Source: an uncultured Alphaproteobacteria bacterium (GTDB lineage: Bacteria > Pseudomonadota > Alphaproteobacteria > Rs-D84). Taken from it: DNA of 64,000 nt. The position numbers and the translations under genes were made by a program. This document shows, piece by piece, positions 17,191 to 26,841 of this stretch. Numbering within the stretch: the stretch's first letter is position 1; each line of letters begins with the position of its first letter. Under the pieces are notes generated by a model. That model saw only the letters and a list, made by a program, of their open reading frames with translations. It did not search any database and was not told where the DNA came from. The DNA lies in NCBI GenBank assembly GCA_944389185.1, contig CALXLL010000004.1, positions 4,830 through 68,829 of the forward strand, in the 5' to 3' direction.

Positions 17191-18291
17191 ATGGAAAAGT
17201 TTTTAAATAAAATCTTAACAGGCGATTGTGTGGATGTTATGCGCTCTTTACCAGATGCGTCCGTTGATGCGGTGTTTGCGGATTCTCCTTATAATTTGCA
17301 GTTGGGAACGAAAACTTTGTATCGACCAGAAGACCAGACCGCTGCAAGGGCTGTTCGTGACTCTTGGGATTCTTTTTCTTCTAATAAAGAATATGATGAC
17401 TTTACACGTGCTTGGTTGACCGAATGTAAAAGAATTTTAAAACCAGATGGAGCCATGTGGGTAATTGGCAGCTATCATAATATTTTTAGATTAGGGGCAA
17501 TTCTGCAAGATCTTGGTTTCTGGATTCTTAATGATATTGTATGGGTAAAAACGAACCCTATGCCTAATTTTCGTGGAACAAGATTTACTAATGCTCATGA
17601 AACTTTGATATGGGCCACGCCACGAAAAACAGGTAAATATACGTTTAATTATGAAACTATGAAAAAACTTAACGGCGGTAAGCAAATGCGCTCTGACTGG
17701 GATTTGAATATTTGTCTTGGTGAAGAACGTCTTAAAGATAAAGACGGTAAAAGCCTTCATAATACCCAGAAACCACTTGATTTATTACGTCGAGTAATCT
17801 TGGCTTCTACTAAAACCGGCGATATAATATTAGACCCTTTTATGGGTAGCGGCACCACTGCGGTTGCAGCAAAAGAGTTAAATCGCCAATTTATCGGTAT
17901 TGAACGAGAAGAAACTTATGTCCAAGCTGCGTTAAAGCGACTGGAAAAAGTCGTTCCTATGGATTTGTCCGATATAGAAGTATCAGTTCCAAAACGTGAA
18001 GAAATTCGTGTCGCGTTTAGCGAGCTTTTAGAAGCTGGTTTATTGTATGCAGGTCAAACGTTGGTAAGCCCAAAGGGTGAACGCGTCATGATTACCAAAG
18101 ATGGACAATTAGTCCACAGCTTGTATGGCAAGGCTTCAATTCATGTTATGGCGGCAAAAATACAAAAAACAGTCAGCTTTAACGGTTGGGATTACTGGTC
18201 GGCAGAAAAAAGAGATGGTTCTTTGGTCCCAATTGATGAACTTAGAAAGTATATTCGCAGTATTAAACAAGATATTAAAAAGGCCGCTTGA
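17191..18291 (+). CDS. ccrM: CcrM-type N6-adenine DNA methyltransferase (beta class)
   Basis: Collinear with Caulobacter CcrM as I remember it (GDC....M..LP..SVD..FAD.PYNLQLG; WVIGSYHNIFR.G...QDLGFWILNDIVW.K.NPMPNF.GTRF.NAHETLIWA; HPTQKP..LL.R.IL..TK.GD.ILDPF.GSGTT). ATG 17191 gives the same spacing to GDC as CcrM. Motif IV reads DSPY (17281..17292) instead of DPPY. Confidence 0.88.
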   Translation: MEKFLNKILTGDCVDVMRSLPDASVDAVFADSPYNLQLGTKTLYRPEDQTAARAVRDSWDSFSSNKEYDDFTRAWLTECKRILKPDGAMWVIGSYHNIFRLGAILQDLGFWILNDIVWVKTNPMPNFRGTRFTNAHETLIWATPRKTGKYTFNYETMKKLNGGKQMRSDWDLNICLGEERLKDKDGKSLHNTQKPLDLLRRVILASTKTGDIILDPFMGSGTTAVAAKELNRQFIGIEREETYVQAALKRLEKVVPMDLSDIEVSVPKREEIRVAFSELLEAGLLYAGQTLVSPKGERVMITKDGQLVHSLYGKASIHVMAAKIQKTVSFNGWDYWSAEKRDGSLVPIDELRKYIRSIKQDIKKAA

Positions 18292-18417
18292 TATTTTAAA
18301 GCGGTTTTTTTATTGATAAGTTGTTTTTTTATAAAAATACCTTATATATCTATCATACATTAGCGAATCGGGCTTTTGTATGATATAGTTTTATTTGTAA
18401 AATATAAGGATTGTATT

Positions 18418-18999
18418 ATGGCTTTGATACCTATGGTTATTGAAGAATCCCCAAGGGGTGAACGTTCTTTCGACATTTATTCAAGGTTATTACGTGATAG
18501 AATAGTTATGATAAATGGCGAAATTGAACCAAATATGGCAAATATAGTTGTTGCACAACTTTTATTTTTGGAATCTGAAAACCCAAATGCGGATATTTCG
18601 TTATATATAAATAGTCCAGGTGGCGACGTTTCTGCTGGGTGGGCAATTATGGATACTATGCAATATATAAAATCACCAGTTTCAACTATTGGTATGGGTT
18701 TGGTCGCTTCTATGGGCTCTGTGTTATTGGCCGCTGGTGAAAAGGGTAAACGCTTCGTTTTACCGAATACTCAGATAATGATTCATCAGCCTATGGCAGG
18801 TGCTCAAGGTCAAATAACTGATATGGAAATTCGTATGAGCCAATATCAAAAAAATAAAAAAACTTTGATAAAACAGATGGCTCAGTTCACAGGGCGTAAA
18901 GAAAAAGAGTTGTTTGAAGCAATGGAACGCGATAATTGGATGGACCCGAAAGAAGCCAAAGATTTTGGTTTGATAGACGGTATTTTAGAAAAAAAATAA
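18418..18999 (+). CDS. clpP: ATP-dependent Clp protease proteolytic subunit
   Basis: [27 protein letters not shown]; INSPGG; the G.VASMGS active-site Ser context; IMIHQP. ATG 18418 follows AAGGA; the track ORF starts further upstream. Confidence 0.95.
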   Translation: MALIPMVIEESPRGERSFDIYSRLLRDRIVMINGEIEPNMANIVVAQLLFLESENPNADISLYINSPGGDVSAGWAIMDTMQYIKSPVSTIGMGLVASMGSVLLAAGEKGKRFVLPNTQIMIHQPMAGAQGQITDMEIRMSQYQKNKKTLIKQMAQFTGRKEKELFEAMERDNWMDPKEAKDFGLIDGILEKK

Positions 19000-19028
19000 C
19001 TTTTGTCTTATAAAATTGGAAGATTAAT

Positions 19029-20300
19029 ATGAGTGACGATAAAACAAAAATAACTGATGAACATAAACAAGCAGACCAACAGTTCTGCAGCTTTTGCGGT
19101 AAAGCCGTTTATGAAGTAAAAAAACTTATAAGTGGTAGAAACGTTTGCATTTGTGATGAATGTATCAGTCTTTGTAATGATATTATAGCTGACGATAAAC
19201 GCGAAGAAATCAATAAAGACGCAACAAAATTACCTACGCCTTCACAGATTTACAATTTTTTAAACGATTATATAATCGGTCAAGACGCGGCAAAAAAAAC
19301 TTTGGCCGTTGCTGTTTATAATCACTATAAACGTCACAGCGCAAGTTTGTCTTCCGATGTAGAAGTTCAAAAGTCTAACGTCTTATTAATAGGTCCAACA
19401 GGAACAGGTAAGACTTTATTTGCTCAGACGCTGGCAAAGATTCTTAACGTCCCGTTTGCTATCGCAGATGCAACGACCTTGACAGAAGCAGGTTATGTCG
19501 GTGATGACGTAGAAAGCGTGTTAACAAGATTATTGCAAAATGCTAATTTTGATGTAGAAAAAGCAAGTAAAGGCATAATTTATATTGATGAAATTGATAA
19601 AATATCAAGGAAATCTGAAAATCCGTCTTTGACGCGTGACGTTTCCGGCGAAGGCGTTCAGCAGGCGTTGTTAAAGTTAGTAGAAGGAACTGTCGCAAAC
19701 GTCCCAGCCGGTGGGGCAGGGCGCAAGCATCCAGGTGAAGCAACCGTTCAGTTGGATACAAGTAAGATTTTGTTTATTTGTGGCGGAGCCTTTGACGGAC
19801 TGAATAAAATTATAGCTAATCGCACAAACGAAAGAATAGGTATTGGTTTCGGTGCGCACGTGGAATCTAAAAAAGAACGCGAATCAAAAAATTATTTGCA
19901 AGATGTTCAACCGGAAGACTTGGTAAAATTCGGAATTATACCGGAACTTGTTGGTCGGTTGCCGGTAATTACAACTTTGCAAGAGCTTGACGAAAGCGCA
20001 TTGGTAAAGATTTTGACTGAACCTAAAAATGCGATAGTAAAGCAGTATAGTGCTATGCTTGCTATGGATGGTGTAAAGTTGACGATAAAAGACGATGCTT
20101 TACAGGAAATAGCAAAAACTGCAGTTGCAAGGAAAACTGGTGCGCGTGGTTTACGTAGTATATTGGAAAAGATATTAATGCAACCTATGTTTGAAGCCCC
20201 TGATAAACCAGATTTGGTAGAAATAGTAATTGATAAAGATGTGGTTCAGGGTAAGAAGAAACCAATAGAAATCTTTAAAGAATCTAAAAAAGCAGCTTAA
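19029..20300 (+). CDS. clpX: ATP-dependent Clp protease ATP-binding subunit ClpX
   Basis: N-terminal zinc-binding C.FCGK....C..C, Walker [24 protein letters not shown]. Confidence 0.95.
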   Translation: MSDDKTKITDEHKQADQQFCSFCGKAVYEVKKLISGRNVCICDECISLCNDIIADDKREEINKDATKLPTPSQIYNFLNDYIIGQDAAKKTLAVAVYNHYKRHSASLSSDVEVQKSNVLLIGPTGTGKTLFAQTLAKILNVPFAIADATTLTEAGYVGDDVESVLTRLLQNANFDVEKASKGIIYIDEIDKISRKSENPSLTRDVSGEGVQQALLKLVEGTVANVPAGGAGRKHPGEATVQLDTSKILFICGGAFDGLNKIIANRTNERIGIGFGAHVESKKERESKNYLQDVQPEDLVKFGIIPELVGRLPVITTLQELDESALVKILTEPKNAIVKQYSAMLAMDGVKLTIKDDALQEIAKTAVARKTGARGLRSILEKILMQPMFEAPDKPDLVEIVIDKDVVQGKKKPIEIFKESKKAA

Positions 20301-20304
20301 AAAA

Positions 20305-20330
20305 CAAACCGCCTTAAAGGCGGTTTTTAT
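20305..20330 (+). terminator. Rho-independent terminator after clpX
   Basis: aaccgcc-ttaa-aggcggttttt. Confidence 0.65.
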
Positions 20331-20333
20331 TTC

Positions 20334-20418
20334 TGGTGGCCCTGGTCGGACTTGAACCGACACTCCTTGCGGAACTTGATTTTGAGTCAAGCGCGTCTAC
20401 CAATTCCGCCACGGGGCC
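20334..20418 (-). tRNA. tRNA-Leu (anticodon CAA)
   Basis: Reverse complement GGCCCCG TG GCGGAATTGGTAGACGC G CTTGA CTCAAAA TCAAG + long variable arm + GTCGGTTCAAGTCCGAC CAGGGCC A CCA. Class II cloverleaf; anticodon loop CU-CAA-AA; encoded CCA. Confidence 0.9.
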
Positions 20419-20426
20419 AAAGCCGT

Positions 20427-20798
20427 TTATTTAGAGGCTTTTTTGCTTTCAACCTTTTTAACTAAACGAGCACTGCGATTTGATTTGTGTGCAGGTTTTT
20501 TTACAGGTTTTTCTGCTTTACCAACTTTTTTTTCAATGGCTTTCTTTATCGCGGCCATTTCAGGCGTTAAACGAGAAATTGGCTTTGACATTACATAAGC
20601 ATCAATACTGCCATGTTTCGTTAATGTGCGTAAACCGGCTGTTGAAATACGTAACGCAAAATCACGACCCAGAATGTCACTGTGAAATTTTAATTTTTGT
20701 AAATTAGGTAAAAATGTGCGCTTTGTATGGCGCATAGAGTGAGATACGTTCATCCCAACTTCTGTTTTTTTACCTGTTACCTTGCATACTCTTGGCAT
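20427..20798 (-). CDS. rpmB: 50S ribosomal protein L28 with a lysine-rich C-terminal extension
   Basis: MPRVCKVTGKK...G.NVSHS...TKR.F.PNLQ is canonical L28. The ~45-aa tail is K/A-rich. Confidence 0.9.
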   Translation of the reverse strand: MPRVCKVTGKKTEVGMNVSHSMRHTKRTFLPNLQKLKFHSDILGRDFALRISTAGLRTLTKHGSIDAYVMSKPISRLTPEMAAIKKAIEKKVGKAEKPVKKPAHKSNRSARLVKKVESKKASK

Positions 20799-20906
20799 AT
20801 TTAAAATCCTTTATAACTTGGCATAAGTTATAACATTTTTATCTAAAAGTCAAGCTTTGTTTTCATTTTTATGCGTTTGATTTTATAAATGTTTGTTTTC
20901 CTATGT

Positions 20907-20936
20907 CTTGAATTTTTGCTGCTAAAAACTATATAT
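20907..20936 (+). promoter_or_regulatory. Candidate RpoH (sigma32)-type heat-shock promoter of clpB
   Basis: CTTGAA (20907..20912) - 16 nt - CTATATAT (20929..20936), 32 nt upstream of the clpB ATG. It resembles the alphaproteobacterial sigma32 consensus CTTG-N17/18-CYTATNT. Confidence 0.45.
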
Positions 20937-20967
20937 ACATCAACAATTTAATAAGGAGTTTTAAATA

Positions 20968-23025
20968 ATGAATCCAGAAGATATGCAAGAAACACCAGAA
21001 CAGGCAATTGCTAAATATACGACCGATTTTACTAAATTGGCCGCAGACGGTAAATTGGATCCTGTCATAGGGCGTGATGAAGAAATTCGCAGAACTATTC
21101 AAGTGCTTTCACGCAGAACTAAAAATAATCCGGTTTTAATCGGTAATCCAGGCGTTGGTAAAACCGCTATTGTGGAAGGTTTGGCTGAACGTATAATTTC
21201 GGGTGATGTTCCTGAAAACCTGCAAAAGAAAAAATTGCTCTCTTTGGATATGGGGGCTTTGATGGCAGGTGCGATGTTCCGCGGCCAGTTTGAAGCAAGA
21301 TTAAAAGCTATTCTTAAGGCAGTTAAAGATTCAGACGGGCAGATTATTCTGTTCATTGATGAATTACATACTTTGGTTGGTGCAGGTAAGGGTGAAGGCT
21401 CTATGGATGCCGGTAACTTATTAAAGCCTATGTTGGCTAGGGGCGAATTACACTGTCTTGGTGCCACGACTTTGGACGAATATAGGCAGTATATTGAAAA
21501 AGACCCGGCTTTGGCACGTCGTTTTCAACCTGTTTATGTTGAAGAACCTTCTGTTGACGATACCATTTCTATTTTGCGCGGTCTGAAAGAAAAGTATGAA
21601 GGTCATCACGGGGTTCGTATTTCAGATTCAGCTTTGGTTTCTGCCGTTAAGTTATCAAACAGGTATATAACAGATAGATTTTTACCGGATAAAGCCATTG
21701 ACTTGATTGATGAAGCCGCTGCCCGCGTTCGTATAGAAATCGCTTCAAAGCCAGAAGCTTTGGATGAAATAGACAGAAAATTGATGCAACTTAAAATAGA
21801 ACAACAGGCTTTGAAAAAAGAAAAAGACGAAGATTCAAAGAAAAGACTTGTTGACTTAGAAGTGTTAATCAAGCAAACAGAAGAAGAATCTAAAAAACTA
21901 ACCGCCGATTGGCAAGCTGAACAACAAAAGATGAAAGGTTTGTCTGATGCTATGGCGGCTTTGGATGCTGCAAAAGCAGAAGTGGCAACGGCTATGAGAA
22001 GCGGTGATTACGAAAAAGCGTCTGCTTTGCAGTATGGAAAAATACCGGAACTGGAAGCCAATATACGTAAAATGAACGCAGAATCAAAAGAGTATAAAAC
22101 TGTGCTGCCAGAACATATTGCGGCTGTTGTAAGTAAGTGGACCGGCGTTCCTGCAGATAAGCTAACTATGGAAGAGCAATCTAAGCTTATGAATATAGAA
22201 GAAGAGCTTCGCAAAAGAGTCGTCGGTCAAGACGCTGCTTTATCAGTTGTGGCAAAAGCTATTCGTCGTTCCAGAGCAGGCCTGTCCGACCCGCACAGAC
22301 CTTCGGGCAGCTTTATGTTCCTTGGTCCAACAGGGGTCGGTAAAACCGAAGTCGCAAAAGCTTTGGCGGAATACTTATTTAACGACGATACAGCTATGAC
22401 CAGAATTGATATGAGTGAATATATGGAACCGCATTCTGTTTCAAGACTTATCGGAAGTCCTCCGGGATACGTTGGTTATGAACAAGGTGGCGTTCTGACG
22501 GAAAGCGTTCGTCGTCGTCCTTATCAGGTTTTGCTTTTCGATGAAATAGAAAAAGCTAACCCAGACGTATTTAATGTCTTCTTACAGATTTTAGATGACG
22601 GTCGTTTAACGGACGGGCAAGGGCATGTAGTTAACTTTACAAATACTATCATAATTATGACAAGTAATTTGCCTGATATGGAAGCAGTAAAGAAACACTT
22701 TAGACCAGAGTTTATAAACCGTATTGATGAAATCGTATTCTTTAACCCGTTGGGTAAAGACGTTATGTCTGGTATCGTAAAGATTCAATTAAAGAATCTT
22801 GAAAAACGTTTAGAGGAACGTCGTATATCCATAGAGGTTTCTGATAAAGCTATTAAATGGTTGGCTGATAACGGATACGATTCGGTGTTTGGTGCCAGAC
22901 CGTTGAAAAGACTTATAACTTCCGCCGTTGAAGATAAAATTGCTGATTTGATTTTATCGGGTAAAATCGGTGAAGGTTCTACTGTGTTCGTAGATACAAA
23001 AGGTAAAGAATTAACGGTAAATTAA
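20968..23025 (+). CDS. clpB: ClpB disaggregase lacking the N-terminal domain (685 aa)
   Basis: Two AAA+ modules (GNPGVGKT; GPTGVGKT), a coiled-coil M domain between them, and GARPLKR. The protein begins ~25 aa before [15 protein letters not shown], where the short (internal-start) E. coli isoform begins. Confidence 0.9.
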   Translation: MNPEDMQETPEQAIAKYTTDFTKLAADGKLDPVIGRDEEIRRTIQVLSRRTKNNPVLIGNPGVGKTAIVEGLAERIISGDVPENLQKKKLLSLDMGALMAGAMFRGQFEARLKAILKAVKDSDGQIILFIDELHTLVGAGKGEGSMDAGNLLKPMLARGELHCLGATTLDEYRQYIEKDPALARRFQPVYVEEPSVDDTISILRGLKEKYEGHHGVRISDSALVSAVKLSNRYITDRFLPDKAIDLIDEAAARVRIEIASKPEALDEIDRKLMQLKIEQQALKKEKDEDSKKRLVDLEVLIKQTEEESKKLTADWQAEQQKMKGLSDAMAALDAAKAEVATAMRSGDYEKASALQYGKIPELEANIRKMNAESKEYKTVLPEHIAAVVSKWTGVPADKLTMEEQSKLMNIEEELRKRVVGQDAALSVVAKAIRRSRAGLSDPHRPSGSFMFLGPTGVGKTEVAKALAEYLFNDDTAMTRIDMSEYMEPHSVSRLIGSPPGYVGYEQGGVLTESVRRRPYQVLLFDEIEKANPDVFNVFLQILDDGRLTDGQGHVVNFTNTIIIMTSNLPDMEAVKKHFRPEFINRIDEIVFFNPLGKDVMSGIVKIQLKNLEKRLEERRISIEVSDKAIKWLADNGYDSVFGARPLKRLITSAVEDKIADLILSGKIGEGSTVFVDTKGKELTVN

Positions 23026-23053
23026 AAAGCGGGTTTCAAACCCGCTTTTTTTT
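23026..23053. terminator. Bidirectional rho-independent terminator
   Basis: aaaagcgggtt-tcaa-acccgctttttttt between convergent genes. Confidence 0.65.
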
Positions 23054-23951
23054 ATTTTTGCTTGTCCAAAACGAATCGCCGAAGCTCAGCAATCTTTTTC
23101 ATTTTTTCGTTCTTTAGAATTACGATTGCTCTATTATCTAGCTCTAAACGTATTTCTTCGGGGTAATTATAAATCTTTTTAACCAGAATATTATGTTTAG
23201 TTATAATATTTTTTTGTTCTGGTGGTCTTTGCTGTATGTTGGTGTCGTATATCAACCAAATCGGGGATTCGGGATAATATTTATTTCCAGAAATTATACC
23301 ATGTATGCCAAGAATCGTATCTTCACAGAATAGTTGAACTTCTGTATTTATATGATTCTTTAATATTTTACGACCGTTTATAAATACATCGTTATAAGCG
23401 CCTTCCAAAGTCATTTTGATTGGTTTGATTTCTACGATTATTTTTTGATATGGTTCTTTTTCAGTTTTCGGTAAAGCTTCTACTGTATGTGCGGAAGGTA
23501 TAATTACAGTTGCGTTTTTTGAATCGTGATTATCAATATTTTCTTTGGCTTTTTGAGCTAAATCTTTTTGCTTAACGAAAGTCCGCGTTTCCGAATCATA
23601 CTTCTTAAATCTTTTAGCAAGCTCTTCGTTCAAAGAGTCTTCAATAGGCAAACCTTTCTGTTTACGTCTGTTACGCTCTCTTCTTAAAGTTGCGTCAGAA
23701 TGTTTAGACCAGTCTTTTGTTTTTTCTTTGATATCAATATTTTGTTCTTTGGTTTCCGATGGTTGTTCAGGTGATAGGGTTTTAATTATATCGGTTAATG
23801 CTTTTTTGATAAGGTCTGGTGATAAGTTTGCCGTAATTGCAGAAACTATGTATGACGCAATAGTATTAGAAATAAGTTCTATAACTTCTTCATTATAAGG
23901 GTCGTTAAAAAAATCTTCTATTTGTTTTTTATCTAATATTTTTTTGCTCAT
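23052..23951 (-). CDS. Hypothetical K/E-rich protein (299 aa)
   Basis: Long ORF with no competing ORF. No signal peptide and no motif I recognise. Confidence 0.6.
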   Translation of the reverse strand: MSKKILDKKQIEDFFNDPYNEEVIELISNTIASYIVSAITANLSPDLIKKALTDIIKTLSPEQPSETKEQNIDIKEKTKDWSKHSDATLRRERNRRKQKGLPIEDSLNEELAKRFKKYDSETRTFVKQKDLAQKAKENIDNHDSKNATVIIPSAHTVEALPKTEKEPYQKIIVEIKPIKMTLEGAYNDVFINGRKILKNHINTEVQLFCEDTILGIHGIISGNKYYPESPIWLIYDTNIQQRPPEQKNIITKHNILVKKIYNYPEEIRLELDNRAIVILKNEKMKKIAELRRFVLDKQK

Positions 23952-23989
23952 TTTTGTCCCTTTATGACTTATACCTCCTTATTTCCCGT

Positions 23990-25792
23990 TCATCGTTTAT
24001 TCCCTGTAAATTGTATGTCACGAAGTTTTTTATATTCACCTTGCTGTGCTATTAATTCTTCGTCTGTTCCTTGCTCTATAATCTTACCGTCTTTTATTAC
24101 GCAGATTATATCAGCATCTAAAATAGTTGATAACCTGTGTGCAATTACAAATGTCGTCTTACCCTTCATTAAGGTCTTTAACGATGCTTGTATCAGTTTT
24201 TCGCTTTGTGTATCCAGCGCAGAAGTTGCTTCGTCTAGTAATAAGATAGAAGATTTCTTTAATACCGCCCGTGCTATCGCAATACGTTGCTTTTGACCAC
24301 CAGACAGCAAAGCACCGCCTTCACCTACATTCGTTTTATATTTCTTTGGGAAAGATTGTATAAAATCATGAGCGTTGGCAATCTTAGCGGCAGCTTGAAC
24401 CTCTTCAAATGTGGCTTCTGGTGCCCCGTATTTAATATTGTCTTCTATTGTGCCATTAAATAAAAATACATCTTGGGATACTTCGGCGATATTTCGTCTT
24501 AAAGATTTAAGCGTGAACTTTTTTATATCCGCACCGTTTATTAAGATTTTACCTTTTTGTGGGTCATAAAAGCGCTCTAATAAATTAAACATTGTGGTCT
24601 TACCACCCCCAGAAGGACCAACCAAAGCACATACTTTTCCCGCTGGAACTTCCAGATTTATGTCTTTTAATACTGGTTCTTCGGGAACATAAGCAAAAGA
24701 AACGTTGCTGAATTTTACAGCCATTGGGGCAGGGGCAAGCTCTATTGCGTCCTTGGAATCTTCTATTTCTGGCTTGCTGTCCAAAAAGTTAAATAAAACT
24801 TCTGCTGCCAACAAACCGTGCTGAACCGTATTTCCTGTTCCGGTTATGCTCTTTGCTGGTTTATATGCCGCCGTTAACGCCAGTAAGAATGCTGTAAAGT
24901 CACCGGTTGATATCGCACCGCTTATAATGAAATGACCGCCGATTATTAACGCAAGACATAAACCTATGGATATCATCAGCTCTAATAACGGAGATTGCAA
25001 TGAAAACGCCTGCGTGCTTTTATAAGAATTACACATATATGTATCCAGGACTTTTACGAATTTTTTTGTCTCGGTTTCTTCTGTTGCAAAAGACTGTATA
25101 GTCTTTATTCCATGCAATGTTTGATTTAAGTGTTGCGATACATTATTCGCAATATTAAACGATTCGCGAGAAAGTTTGCGCTTTTTACGCATTATCAGAA
25201 CCATAGGTATCATAATCGCAGGAACTAAGAACAACAGCACAGCACACATCTGCGGTGCATAATATATCATTAAAGACAAAGTCATAATTAAAGTTGCAAT
25301 TTGTTGTATAAAACCAACAACTGTGCTGGTTACCAAAGTTAAAACAGCATTAGATTGAACCTGGAAATAATTTAAGTTTTTACCGATACCGTCGCCATAG
25401 AACTTTGCGATATTCATTCTGACCATATGGTTATAAATCCTGGTTTGTAATCTTGCGCTGGCAAGCAAACCGGCTTTGGCCATTATTAAATCTTTTGCGT
25501 AGTTAAAAGCCCCTTTGAAACCGAAAGCCGCAATAATTTGAAGACCTATCATATATATAGATTGCATGCTTTTTTCGATAAAAGCTTTATCCACTACCTG
25601 TTGAACTAACGTAATTGTATAGGCTTCGGCACCGGCCGCACCGATAGTAGCCAGCATACCTGCCGCAAGCCACTTCCAATAAGGTCGCCCGATTTCACGC
25701 CAGACTCTGCCGTATAAAGACCATTTTATGCGACTGTTATCTTTGTCGCCTTTTATAAGTTTTTTGATTTTATTAGATATTTTCTTTAACAT
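23990..25792 (-). CDS. ABC exporter, fused permease/ATPase (MsbA-like lipid flippase type)
   Basis: 600 aa; a six-TM N-half, Walker A GPSGGGKT, signature LSGGQKQRIAIARA, Walker B ILLLDEATSALD. Confidence 0.85.
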   Translation of the reverse strand: MLKKISNKIKKLIKGDKDNSRIKWSLYGRVWREIGRPYWKWLAAGMLATIGAAGAEAYTITLVQQVVDKAFIEKSMQSIYMIGLQIIAAFGFKGAFNYAKDLIMAKAGLLASARLQTRIYNHMVRMNIAKFYGDGIGKNLNYFQVQSNAVLTLVTSTVVGFIQQIATLIMTLSLMIYYAPQMCAVLLFLVPAIMIPMVLIMRKKRKLSRESFNIANNVSQHLNQTLHGIKTIQSFATEETETKKFVKVLDTYMCNSYKSTQAFSLQSPLLELMISIGLCLALIIGGHFIISGAISTGDFTAFLLALTAAYKPAKSITGTGNTVQHGLLAAEVLFNFLDSKPEIEDSKDAIELAPAPMAVKFSNVSFAYVPEEPVLKDINLEVPAGKVCALVGPSGGGKTTMFNLLERFYDPQKGKILINGADIKKFTLKSLRRNIAEVSQDVFLFNGTIEDNIKYGAPEATFEEVQAAAKIANAHDFIQSFPKKYKTNVGEGGALLSGGQKQRIAIARAVLKKSSILLLDEATSALDTQSEKLIQASLKTLMKGKTTFVIAHRLSTILDADIICVIKDGKIIEQGTDEELIAQQGEYKKLRDIQFTGNKR

Positions 25793-25864
25793 AGCACTTT
25801 ATTATAGGGGCTTTCAGGAAAACTGTCCAGAAAAACTTGTTCTTGTCAAAGTTTTATTTTTGCG

Positions 25865-25893
25865 TTGACTTTTCTTATAAATATGTATATTAT
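25865..25893 (+). promoter_or_regulatory. Candidate sigma70 promoter for tRNA-Ala/rpsU
   Basis: TTGACT (25865..25870) - 17 nt - TATTAT (25888..25893), ~44 nt upstream of the tRNA 5' end. -10-like hexamers are frequent in AT-rich DNA, so support is weak. Confidence 0.35.
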
Positions 25894-25937
25894 TGTTAAG
25901 CTTTAAGAAAATCTTAAAGTATAAATGAAAAAGTTTT

Positions 25938-26013
25938 GGGGTTGTAGCTCAGTTGGTAGAGCATCTGCTTTGCAAGCAGAGGGTCGTCAGTTCGAGTCTG
26001 ATCAGCTCCACCA
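25938..26013 (+). tRNA. tRNA-Ala (anticodon UGC)
   Basis: GGGGTTG TA GCTC AGTTGGTA GAGC A TCTGC TTTGCAA GCAGA ... CAGCTCC A CCA; 76 nt. The G3:U70 alanine identity pair is present; CCA is encoded. Confidence 0.93.
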
Positions 26014-26050
26014 GAATAAATGCAAAATTGTTGAAGGGGGTGAATCGCTA

Positions 26051-26257
26051 ATGGTAAAAGTTCTTGTTCGTGATAATAACGTAGAACAAGCCTTACGCGT
26101 TGCAAAACGTAAATCTCAGAAAGAAGGTTTGTATCGTGAAATGAAAGAACGTCAGCGTTATGAAAAACCTACAACAAAGCGCAAACGTATGAAAGAAGAA
26201 GCCATTCGTAATGAAAAAAAACGTCAGTCAAAACAAAGAATGGTATTCGGTTTCTAA
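26051..26257 (+). CDS. rpsU: 30S ribosomal protein S21
   Basis: [24 protein letters not shown]...E.K.R..YEKP..KRKR is canonical S21, with a GAAGGGGG Shine-Dalgarno upstream. The 110-aa track ORF (25925..) reads through the tRNA and is not the gene. Confidence 0.9.
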   Translation: MVKVLVRDNNVEQALRVAKRKSQKEGLYREMKERQRYEKPTTKRKRMKEEAIRNEKKRQSKQRMVFGF

Positions 26258-26337
26258 AAATCTTAAATCCCATTTATATAATGGGATTTTTTTTACCTTG
26301 TTTTTATGATATAATTCTTTTCGTAAAAGGAGTTATT

Positions 26338-26817
26338 ATGCCGACTAAAAAAGTAGCTGTAAAAAAAGAAGTAAAAACAAGCAAAACTTATACTAATATG
26401 TTTGAAGCTTATAAAGCTTTCTGGAAACGCGGATTTACAGAATGGACAGGGACTTCGTCAAGGTCTGAATATTGGTGGTCCACTTTAATGAATATGATAA
26501 TATTCTTTGTGCTTTTTATTCTTTTGGGGCTTTGCATAGGACCGGATATTGATGCGCCGTTATTTCCATTGGCCGGTTCGGCAGTAATTATAGTTTTGTT
26601 TGTTTTATCTTTGGCAATTTTGATTCCGACTATATCTTTACAGCTTAGAAGATTTCATGACGTTGGAATAGCTTCATGGATTTTTTGGTTGTTATTTATT
26701 TGCCACTTGTTTTTAGTGTTCTTATTTGATTTCAGTTTTATTGGGGTGATTGTCTTTATAATTTCGCTTCTTCCGACAAAAAAAGATGGCAATATGTATC
26801 ATAAATATAATAAATAA
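26338..26817 (+). CDS. DUF805-family inner-membrane protein
   Basis: YWWSTLMN...TM helices...LQLRRFHDVG.ASW matches the DUF805 (YhaH-like) pattern. ATG 26338 follows AAGGAG. Confidence 0.7.
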   Translation: MPTKKVAVKKEVKTSKTYTNMFEAYKAFWKRGFTEWTGTSSRSEYWWSTLMNMIIFFVLFILLGLCIGPDIDAPLFPLAGSAVIIVLFVLSLAILIPTISLQLRRFHDVGIASWIFWLLFICHLFLVFLFDFSFIGVIVFIISLLPTKKDGNMYHKYNK

Positions 26818-26841
26818 AAAATCCCGTATATACGGGATTTT

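Noticed and set aside
25925-26050. N-terminal 42 codons of the 110-aa track ORF ([30 protein letters not shown]...)
   Set aside because: This stretch is the tRNA-Ala gene read as protein. The real CDS is rpsU, starting at ATG 26051 behind its own Shine-Dalgarno.
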